In this document: piece after piece, positions 1-7,264 of the stretch
How the letters are laid out: every line of letters begins with the position of its first letter
Numbering within the stretch: the stretch's first letter is position 1
From: Promethearchaeota archaeon
GTDB lineage: Archaea > Asgardarchaeota > Lokiarchaeia > Sigyniarchaeales > SOKP01
Reading direction: 5' to 3'
Length of the DNA: 20,913 nucleotides
Assembly: GCA_016930515.1 (NCBI GenBank)
Contig: JAFGGO010000054.1
Location: 1 to 20,913, forward strand
Notes under the pieces: generated by a model
What the model was told of the DNA's origin: nothing
What the model saw: only the letters and a program-made list of their open reading frames with translations
Database searches by the model: none
Translations under genes and position numbers: made by a program

Positions 1-421
1 CCCGATGGAACCAGAAATTCTAAAGATCGGACGAAAGGGTGAAGCAGGATGCGAGTTCATTCAAACGCAAGTCGTTTACGATCTCGATAGAACTATTGAA
101 TTCTTAACAGCGATCCAAAAATATAAAGTACCCGTGTTACTTGGCATCTTTCCCATGAAGAGCTACGCCATAGCTAAGGGATTTGACATGTTCGTGCCTG
201 GTGTTGATGTGCCAAAGGAAATCCTGGCGAAATGGAAGAGCGTAAAAACCGATATTACCGATAAGAAGCAACAACAAGAAGCTTACGACCAAATGAATTA
301 CAAATTTTTCAAGCCATTCATATCGGAACTTAAATCAAAAAAACTATTAGCTGGGATCCATTGCATGGCCGTTCATTATCCAAGAATCTTTCCAAAACTA
401 ATGGAGGTTATAAAAAGTTAG
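1..421 (+). CDS. metF: Methylenetetrahydrofolate reductase (MetF/MTHFR), C-terminal part; gene probably starts upstream of the window
   Basis: K-x2-AG-CEFIQTQVVYD, PVLLGIFP, VPGVDVP and GIHCM match the MTHFR TIM-barrel C-terminal motifs (K..AGAdFiiTQ..fD; gihl). The frame is open to the window edge, so the ATG at 5 is probably internal. Confidence 0.85.
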   Translation, partial: PMEPEILKIGRKGEAGCEFIQTQVVYDLDRTIEFLTAIQKYKVPVLLGIFPMKSYAIAKGFDMFVPGVDVPKEILAKWKSVKTDITDKKQQQEAYDQMNYKFFKPFISELKSKKLLAGIHCMAVHYPRIFPKLMEVIKS

Positions 422-511
422 CACATTAATAATCTACCTGAAGATATTAATTCAAAAGTCGTTTTTTTATCCTTTTTTCTATAACAAAAATTTTTCAAAA
501 GGTGGAGAGTT

Positions 512-1570
512 ATGAAACTCATACTATCAAAAAAGCAGTCTATATTTCTTAAATTAATCTTAATTTCAATATTGTTAATCATCTCTATCTTTTTGCTCCT
601 GTACCTTCAACTCGTTTTTAATCTAAATATTATCTTTTCTCATTTTTTTTACTTTCCAATAATAATTACATGCATTTGGTGGAAATATAAGGGCATGATT
701 CTGTCCTGTTTATTGTGCTTATTGCTCGTTTTTGTTCCTATTGGAGTTAGCATTAATTTCTTTTATTCTGTATTGATCGAAAATGCTCTAAGAAGTATTG
801 CAATGCTATCAATAGGTTTTGTCGTTTCGTTTCTAAGCAACCGCCTTTCAAGAGAGGAAGAGGTTCACAGGGCTTACGACGAGTTGTTTTTTTTTCGAGC
901 ATTATTAATTCACGATATGAACAATATCCTTCAAGGAATACGTTCTGCATCCGAATTGTATTTTCTATATAAGGATGACTCGAAGATAGAAGGAAATATC
1001 GACGAGTTGTTAGAAATAATCTTCAACCAATGTAATAAAGGATTTGAATTGATTTCTAATGTCAGAAAATTATCTGATTTGGAAATTCAAAAGCAAAAAT
1101 TAGAAACGGTAGAAGTGAAAACATGCATTCAAGACGCAATCAAATTCGTAAAAAATAATTATATTTCAAGAAATTTAGAAATCTCCGTTGAGCCAAGCAA
1201 TCGAGAGTTCCAAGTGAGAGCAAACGAGTTACTTTTTGATGTATTTACGAATATTCTGACTAATGCCGTGAAATACAACGATAATCCGATCGTAAAGGTA
1301 CTCGTAAAAATTCATAGGGTGTTGAGGAAAGATTCGTGGTTTGTTCGATTAGAATTTATCGATAATGGTATAGGAATTAGTGATAACATTAAGAAAATCA
1401 TTTTTATGAACGGAAAAAGTGAAGCAAAGCGTAGTAGAGGCATGGGATTCGGAATGTCTTTAGTAAAGAAGATAATAAGGTCATACAATGGGAAGATATG
1501 GATTGAAGACAATGTCGAAGGAGATTATTCAAAAGGCACAAATGTTAACTTGTTAATTCCCGAAAGTTGA
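512..1570 (+). CDS. Membrane-bound sensor histidine kinase (about 4 N-terminal TM helices, HisKA, HATPase_c)
   Basis: Hydrophobic N-terminal ~110 aa; H-box HDMNNILQGI, N-box NILTNAVKY, G1 DNGIGI, G2 GMGFGMSLVKKII. No response regulator in the window. Confidence 0.92.
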   Translation: MKLILSKKQSIFLKLILISILLIISIFLLLYLQLVFNLNIIFSHFFYFPIIITCIWWKYKGMILSCLLCLLLVFVPIGVSINFFYSVLIENALRSIAMLSIGFVVSFLSNRLSREEEVHRAYDELFFFRALLIHDMNNILQGIRSASELYFLYKDDSKIEGNIDELLEIIFNQCNKGFELISNVRKLSDLEIQKQKLETVEVKTCIQDAIKFVKNNYISRNLEISVEPSNREFQVRANELLFDVFTNILTNAVKYNDNPIVKVLVKIHRVLRKDSWFVRLEFIDNGIGISDNIKKIIFMNGKSEAKRSRGMGFGMSLVKKIIRSYNGKIWIEDNVEGDYSKGTNVNLLIPES

Positions 1571-1650
1571 GAATTAATGACCTATTTTAATACAACACAA
1601 TTAACATTGCTTGTTGTTAAATATCGTTATGATAAAAAAAGGAGAAAAAT

Positions 1651-1905
1651 TTAATTTAATTTCTTTTTTTCATTTGCAAGGTCTATTTTTAGAGAGTCTA
1701 TCCAGGTTTCCAAGTAATCAGCTTTAAAAGAGTCTTTATCCTTAATCTTATCAAGCGCAACGGTTAATTCTTCAATGAACTCTTCTTGCTTGCGTATTTC
1801 TGCCCATAAATACCCATTACCCAGTTCAGAAAGAAACTCATCTTCCCTATTTTTGCCCCTTGCTTGAATGACTTCGTTCACGGTCATTTTTGTCATCATT
1901 TCCAT
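1651..1905 (-). CDS. Small helical-hairpin/coiled-coil protein, homologous to the insert of the 6286..6900 protein
   Basis: SD-like AGGTGA upstream. 19/48 ungapped identities (counted by hand) with the internal helical segment of the 6286..6900 protein. Confidence 0.8.
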   Translation of the reverse strand: MEMMTKMTVNEVIQARGKNREDEFLSELGNGYLWAEIRKQEEFIEELTVALDKIKDKDSFKADYLETWIDSLKIDLANEKKKLN

Positions 1906-2000
1906 TTTAGAATCACCTTGTTTTTAATTTATTTTATTTTATTTTATCCTAATTAAATAATCGAAACTGTAGGATTTAAATAGTTTGATAAGAAGAATGT

Positions 2001-2015
2001 TTGTCAATTTGACAA
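2001..2015. promoter_or_regulatory. Perfect 7-1-7 palindrome TTGTCAA-T-TTGACAA, possible operator for the 84-aa gene
   Basis: Seen directly; ~100 nt upstream of the 1905 start, just upstream of a minus-strand TTTAAA element near 1975-1980. Confidence 0.35.
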
Positions 2016-2146
2016 TTTTTTTTTTCTTCTTCAATTATAAGTAAAAATTTGTTGTTTATTATGATAAGAATTTTAATCATTGAACAAATTACATTATATC
2101 ATTATACTATTAAATAAAATTAGAGAAAAATAAAAAAAGGAAGAAA

Positions 2147-4432
2147 TTATCCATATATCGTTTCTAAAGGTTCTTTAAGCTTTTCTTGATAAGATTTTTT
2201 AGCTCTATCGGCAGAACCGATAATTTTATTGATTGCTTGGTTAAAATCAGCCATTGTTATTGCTACTTTCGAAAAAGTTCTTTCGTTCGCATCATTGATA
2301 GATTGCTCCAATATACCACGACGCACGGTCAATAATGTAGCCTCTTCGCATACGCCTTTAATGTCTGCTCCAGTATATCCATTTAGCATTTCAGCCAAGG
2401 ATTCAATATCTACATCTTCAGCTAAAGGCCTTCCTTTTAAATGGATCTTAAATATTTTCGTTCGAGATAATTTATTAGGAAGAGGAACTTCAATGTGTCT
2501 ACCGAATCGTCCCGATCTTAAAAGAGCTGGATCCAACAAATCAGGCCTATTTGTTGCAGCAAGTAAGATCACGCTCGTTAATTCCTCCAAACCGTCCATT
2601 TCTGTTAATAATTGAGCAACTACTTGCTCTACAACCCTTGAATTAGAAGTCTCCGATCTCCTCGAAGCTATCGAATCGATTTCGTCAAAAAAGATGATGC
2701 AAGGTGCGGCAGAACGGGCTTTCTTAAAAGTTTCTCTTACAGCTTTGGCACTTTCACCCACCCATTTCGATAAAAATTCGGGCCCTTTAACCGAAATGAA
2801 ATTTATTTCTCCTTCGTGAGCAAGCGCCTTAGCAAGAAGGGTCTTTCCAGTTCCGGGTAAACCATATAAAAGAATGCCACTCGGAGGTTGTGACTTCATG
2901 TAATTATAGAAGCGAGGGTATTTTAGTGGCCATTCTATTGTTTCCCTTAATTGTTGTTTTGCGTCTTCTAAACCACCAATATCTTCCCAAGTCTCCGTTG
3001 GTTTAATTATAAGAACTTCTCTTAGTGCGGATGGCTCTATACCGTTTAAAGCATCTAAAAAATGGCTAGATTTAATTTCCAGGTTATTCAAAACACTTTC
3101 TGGAATTGGTTCTTCGAGATCGATATTCGGTAAAATTTCTCTAATTGCCAGCATTGCGGCCTCTTTGCAGAGTGCTTTAATGTCAGCGCCTACGAAACCA
3201 TGAGTTTTTTCAGCAATGAGTTTTAAGTCTAAGTCGTTTGCTAAAGGCATTCCACGAGTGTGTATCAATAAGATTTCATATCTTCCATCAGCAGTAGGAG
3301 CCCCAATTTCTATTTCGCGATCGAAACGACCTGGTCTTCTCAAGGCGATATCAATGTTATTTATCTTATTTGTTGCTCCAATAATAATAATTTCACCACG
3401 CCCCTCCAGACCATCCATTAACGATAACAACTGAGCTACTACTCGAGATTCAACTTGTCCCTTATTTTCATCTCTTTGTGGCGCTATTGAGTCAAGTTCA
3501 TCAAGGAAAATAATTGTTGGAGACTTTTGCTTAGCCTCCTCGAATACTTTACGCAAATTTTCTTCGGATTGTCCAAAAAACTTACTCATGATTTCTGGAC
3601 CACTGATGGATACGAAATTAGCGTCAGTTTCGAAAGCAACGGCTCTTGCTAAAAGTGTCTTTCCTGTTCCAGGAGGTCCGTGAAGTAAAACGCCTTTTGG
3701 AGGATCTATTCCTATCTTTTTAAATAATTCTGGGTGCCTTATTGGCAATTCAATTATTTCCCTGACCTTTTGAATGATGTCTTCGAGACCGCCAATATCT
3801 TCGTAGGTAACGCGTTGGCGCAATTTTTCCATTTCTTCTTCTAGTTCGCTAATGGCCTCGTATTGTACCCTCTTGACTCTTGAAGGTTCTTGCTTGATCA
3901 ATTCTTTTATCTTTTTTTCCGTCAGCTTGATTTTAGTGCCCAAGTGAATTTTTACTGCCTCAACCTTAGGTTCGTAATCGAGTACAACAAGATCAATTCT
4001 ACGCCCCATGGCGTAAAAACTCAAGCTATCCCCCTTTGTAATGACTCTATTTTCCAACCGATGGGCTAATTGTTGTATGTCTCGTATAAAATAAGATTCG
4101 TTTAATCCCGTAAATGTTAAGCTGTCGGCAGGACGAGCTTGGATTTTTCGTATTTCGACATAGTCGTCTATCGAAACATCAATATTTCTCCTGAGCGATG
4201 GATCGATTCTTATGACATTACTCCCTTGGTCTTCAGATTTTCCTGACATTAATACAGCGGCGGTTTTTTTGTTGTACAAAGGTTGGCTTATTTCAATGAC
4301 ATCTCCAAGTTTTAAATCTAATTGTCTCATTAAATCTGGATCTACTCGAATAATACCACGACCAGCGTCCTGCTTGAAAGCGTCTTTAACTCTAACTTTT
4401 TTATTTGAAGATTCCTTGGAAAAAACTGCCAT
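2147..4432 (-). CDS. cdc48: Cdc48/p97/VAT-family AAA+ ATPase
   Basis: N-domain ([11 protein letters not shown]...IRID...RRN). D1: Walker A GPPGTGKT, Walker B IIFLDE, pore [13 protein letters not shown]2: [19 protein letters not shown]-terminal HbYX motif IYG. Start moved from 4447 to ATG 4432 because a GGAGGT SD lies at 4440-4445. Confidence 0.97.
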   Translation of the reverse strand: MAVFSKESSNKKVRVKDAFKQDAGRGIIRVDPDLMRQLDLKLGDVIEISQPLYNKKTAAVLMSGKSEDQGSNVIRIDPSLRRNIDVSIDDYVEIRKIQARPADSLTFTGLNESYFIRDIQQLAHRLENRVITKGDSLSFYAMGRRIDLVVLDYEPKVEAVKIHLGTKIKLTEKKIKELIKQEPSRVKRVQYEAISELEEEMEKLRQRVTYEDIGGLEDIIQKVREIIELPIRHPELFKKIGIDPPKGVLLHGPPGTGKTLLARAVAFETDANFVSISGPEIMSKFFGQSEENLRKVFEEAKQKSPTIIFLDELDSIAPQRDENKGQVESRVVAQLLSLMDGLEGRGEIIIIGATNKINNIDIALRRPGRFDREIEIGAPTADGRYEILLIHTRGMPLANDLDLKLIAEKTHGFVGADIKALCKEAAMLAIREILPNIDLEEPIPESVLNNLEIKSSHFLDALNGIEPSALREVLIIKPTETWEDIGGLEDAKQQLRETIEWPLKYPRFYNYMKSQPPSGILLYGLPGTGKTLLAKALAHEGEINFISVKGPEFLSKWVGESAKAVRETFKKARSAAPCIIFFDEIDSIASRRSETSNSRVVEQVVAQLLTEMDGLEELTSVILLAATNRPDLLDPALLRSGRFGRHIEVPLPNKLSRTKIFKIHLKGRPLAEDVDIESLAEMLNGYTGADIKGVCEEATLLTVRRGILEQSINDANERTFSKVAITMADFNQAINKIIGSADRAKKSYQEKLKEPLETIYG

Positions 4433-4469
4433 ATAATTAACCTCCATTTCAAGTATTTAAAATTAATAG

Positions 4470-4505
4470 AAAAAAAAAAGTCGAGATTATCGACTAAAAA
4501 AAAAA
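4470..4505 (-). terminator. Hairpin flanked by U-tracts between the mtd-like gene and cdc48
   Basis: AGTCGA-gatta-TCGACT (4479-4495) with ~10-nt A runs on both sides, which read as U runs on the minus-strand transcript. Confidence 0.55.
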
Positions 4506-4508
4506 GAA

Positions 4509-5507
4509 TTATTTATTTAATAATTTTTTGGCAACACTTAAAGCGTAATTATAGTCAAATATCTTTAAACCATTTGTGTTTGCTGCTTCTTTTAAGATTT
4601 CAGCTTCTGAATTTGATTTGAGCCTGCCAAGCGCCAAGGCACCTATTCCAAAAATATTTGGATAGATTTCTTCATTGTAGTGTTTTGGTTTGATCCCATC
4701 AATACCATAGGGAGGAACCAAGTTGATATCAACGACTATTTTTTTACCTTCTAACTTCATCATCGCCTTTTCAGACAATATCTCAACACCTGCAGCAGCC
4801 AAAGACCAAAGTATATCTACATCTTTAGATAATTCCACTCTATCTTCCATACTTGGAGCAAAAACACCTCTAATTTTTGTAGCCTCATTTCCTGCTTCTG
4901 CGGTAAGTTCTTCTGCCAAATTATTAACAAATTCTTCGTTAGATTTTTCCCATGTTTCAATTAAAAACACATTGCACCCTATTTTTGCGCCTAAAATCGC
5001 TGCTATTCTCGCTACAGGACCTGCACCGAAAATTACTACCTTTTTTCCTTTTAAATCTTTCATTCCATGTAGTTTATCTGCAACATCTATCGTCATTGCA
5101 ACTACAGCCGATGCTGTCGTGTGAGAACCCCTCGGATCAATGATTACTGGACATTCAAAAGGAGGTACCAAGGATTTTACGACTTCTTTCGCAATCTTTT
5201 CTCCTTCTTTCACATCCGATCCTCCTATGAAAAAGGTTGTTGGTGCCCTGGGTTTTCGCGAGAAAGTAGCGTCTTGAACGAGCTTGGCAACTTGATCGGC
5301 GGTCATCTTACTAATGGGTATGACGATATCGAAACCTGCATCGTATGCCATATTGATGTCAAATGGGGAAGCGTTGTCGTCAGTATCGAAAAAGTAACAA
5401 ATCTTATCCGATAAATCCTTTTTCTTTATCACAATTGGCGTGAGCTCAATAATGGATTTTCGTCCTAAAATAGAGCGTACATCTTTTTCTATATCCTGAT
5501 CTTGCAT
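4509..5507 (-). CDS. mtdB: NAD(P)-dependent methylene-tetrahydromethanopterin dehydrogenase, MtdB/MtdA-like
   Basis: SPFDINMAYDAGFD, VQDATFSR, FIGG, VPPF...DPRGSHTTASAVVA match the MtdA/MtdB N-terminal domain. Rossmann VVIFGAGPVA; DINLVPPYGIDGI; GIGALALG. Strong AAGGAGG SD supports the ~33-aa N-terminal extension. Confidence 0.88.
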   Translation of the reverse strand: MQDQDIEKDVRSILGRKSIIELTPIVIKKKDLSDKICYFFDTDDNASPFDINMAYDAGFDIVIPISKMTADQVAKLVQDATFSRKPRAPTTFFIGGSDVKEGEKIAKEVVKSLVPPFECPVIIDPRGSHTTASAVVAMTIDVADKLHGMKDLKGKKVVIFGAGPVARIAAILGAKIGCNVFLIETWEKSNEEFVNNLAEELTAEAGNEATKIRGVFAPSMEDRVELSKDVDILWSLAAAGVEILSEKAMMKLEGKKIVVDINLVPPYGIDGIKPKHYNEEIYPNIFGIGALALGRLKSNSEAEILKEAANTNGLKIFDYNYALSVAKKLLNK

Positions 5508-5525
5508 AGTTTTATTCCTCCTTTT

Positions 5526-6263
5526 TTAAGAATTCTTTTCCTTTACGGTTATTTCCACATCTTTTTCTAATTCTTCGATTTCTTCGGTTTTTATCGTGCG
5601 CTTAATTTTTATCTTTTCGATATCGATACCCAAGTCGCTGCATAATTTTTCCATTCCATTGAAATGTCTTAAATCGCAAATGAATATTCCCTTTAACTTC
5701 GTCCCATCGACATCTTTAGCCATGTTTATGATATTCATCATCATCCACGCTTCTCTCACATTATATCGCACTTCATCTTCTTGGGCGGCATAGTCTCTTT
5801 CCAAGTATTCCTTCCAAATGACTAATTTTTGGAACCATTCATCTTCTTCGGGAATTTTTCCTTGTTTTGCGATTTCTTCCCTAATGCGTTTCTCTAACCT
5901 GACGACCGCCTTTCTATGTTCATCTAAAGCTGCAGACAAGTAATCTCGTGCGTTATCATCAATATCCACGCGAGAGAATGGTAATCCTTTAAGCTTGAAA
6001 AGTTCTTCCAATGGGTCGACTTGGTTTTGGGATTCGTCCCAATTCGTAGGTTTCTCTTCTGCACCAAAATGGGGCTTGTATTTTTCAACAAGATTATCAA
6101 TCACATCGAGGTATTCCTTGGAAATCAAATGCAAGTTCCAAACCAGGTCTTCTTTTATCTTCTTAGGAGCTTCAAACCACCAATCAACGGGAAACTCGCT
6201 TTCGACCATAATCAACTTTAAGTGCTTCTTCTTTAAAGGCTTTAATTCTAATACTTTTGGCAT
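5526..6263 (-). CDS. Hypothetical protein, probable TraB/Tiki/EreA/ChaN-like alpha/beta fold with helical-hairpin insert
   Basis: HLISKEYLDVIDNLVEKYKPHFGAEE, GLPFSRVD, REAWMMMNI and FICDLRHFNGM parallel the TraB motifs H.S....V...I....PD.V.VE, GIPv..iD, RD.yM..nL and vvG.gH..Gi. AAGGAGG SD upstream. Confidence 0.6.
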   Translation of the reverse strand: MPKVLELKPLKKKHLKLIMVESEFPVDWWFEAPKKIKEDLVWNLHLISKEYLDVIDNLVEKYKPHFGAEEKPTNWDESQNQVDPLEELFKLKGLPFSRVDIDDNARDYLSAALDEHRKAVVRLEKRIREEIAKQGKIPEEDEWFQKLVIWKEYLERDYAAQEDEVRYNVREAWMMMNIINMAKDVDGTKLKGIFICDLRHFNGMEKLCSDLGIDIEKIKIKRTIKTEEIEELEKDVEITVKEKNS

Positions 6264-6285
6264 TTTTATTCATCCTCCTTTTATG

Positions 6286-6900
6286 TTAAAATTCAATATT
6301 TATTATATTGTGTTTTTTCGTATATTGAACAACCCTTACATTTAATTCTCTAAGTTGCTCTGTTACTTCTGCACATATATCTTCACATATATCCTCTTGA
6401 ACTAAATGTAGAAACGCGACCTCTTCCGAACTAATAGTTTTTACTGCGTCGAGCATTTTTTTCACTATCCATTGGGGTCGTAATTTCAGCGTGATGTAAT
6501 TCTCCTTATCTTGAATTTCATCCCTTAGTACATCAATCCAATTTTTAAGACTTTCTGCTTTTAACGATTCTTTATCGCTCATTGATTCGAATTCTTCATA
6601 CAATTCGTTTAACAACTGTTCTTTCTCCACGATCTCTTGATACAGATATCCCATTGCGTATTCTGGAATATCTACCTGAAAATACATTATGCTTAAATCG
6701 TTCAAGGCTTTAGCAAGCTCGGATTCCTTGAATTCTTTTAAATCGACATTGAAATCAATTGTAACAAAGTCAATCTTTTTCTTTTCCAAGAATTTCTTGA
6801 GTTTAGCGATATCAAAATAGTGAAAATCATCTTTATTTTTCTTGGCGACATATGCGCAAATATGTTTTTTATGTATTGGTTTTAATTCCAGTACTTCCAT
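6286..6900 (-). CDS. Paralog of the 5526..6263 protein, apparently lacking its His/Glu residues
   Basis: Same N-terminus (VLELKP..KKH), (F/Y)..VDI...A..YL helical insert and R..W. Start moved from 6933 to ATG 6900 because a GGAGGTG SD lies at 6909-6915. Confidence 0.7.
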   Translation of the reverse strand: MEVLELKPIHKKHICAYVAKKNKDDFHYFDIAKLKKFLEKKKIDFVTIDFNVDLKEFKESELAKALNDLSIMYFQVDIPEYAMGYLYQEIVEKEQLLNELYEEFESMSDKESLKAESLKNWIDVLRDEIQDKENYITLKLRPQWIVKKMLDAVKTISSEEVAFLHLVQEDICEDICAEVTEQLRELNVRVVQYTKKHNIINIEF

Positions 6901-7098
6901 TTTTAATACACCTCCAAACTCGATTCCATTCAAGAATCTTATTCCTAAGTTACAAACGCTTTACTCGAAATTTAAAAAATTTGATAAGAAAATTTTTAAT
7001 CATTATGACAAAGAAATTTATCAAAATCCTTAATATAGTAATTTTATTTTTTACGAATATGGTCTTAAACACCAATAGATGCATAGAACAGCCTTTCA

Positions 7099-7151
7099 TA
7101 TATAAATCTCTATCGCGAACATTGTTCGATAGTATGGAATATATTTATATA
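7099..7151. promoter_or_regulatory. Back-to-back archaeal TATA boxes with a central palindrome (divergent promoter/operator)
   Basis: TTTATATA on the minus strand (7099-7106) and on the plus strand (7144-7151). CGAACA-T-TGTTCG at 7116-7128 is extended by CTAT/ATAG to 7110-7132. Confidence 0.5.
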
Positions 7152-7264
7152 ATATTCATAATTTATCAATATTAGTGAATAAAAATCATTGATGGTTAAT
7201 AAAAGTATTTTAAATTTTGTTAATTTAGTTTCATACAATAAAAATTAAATAAATAATTCGAATA

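Noticed and set aside
512-1570. The His kinase as a HoxJ/HupT-like partner of the putative sensory hydrogenase
   Set aside because: It is membrane-bound, has no PAS domain and lies ~5.7 kb away in a different transcription unit; nothing links the two.
2229-6345. Plus-strand ORFs antisense to cdc48, mtd and the paralogs (e.g. 2229..2615, 4723..5124, 5995..6345)
   Set aside because: Shadow ORFs of well-supported genes, with the Ser/Ile/Phe-rich composition typical of antisense frames. The same applies to the shadow ORFs over the other genes.
1651-6900. ESCRT-III/PspA or gas-vesicle interpretation of helical hairpins next to an AAA ATPase
   Set aside because: The ATPase is a two-ring Cdc48 with no MIT domain, so it is not Vps4 or GvpN. 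The hairpins are short inserts in an alpha/beta domain.
7116-7128. Gram-positive LexA (Cheo) box resemblance
   Set aside because: The spacer is 3 nt rather than 4, the context is archaeal, and no SOS genes are nearby.
6842-7175. Plus-strand ORFs 6842..7033 and 6852..7175
   Set aside because: They overlap the start of the minus-strand gene and the AT-rich promoter region, and their low-complexity I/K/F/N translation is not convincing.
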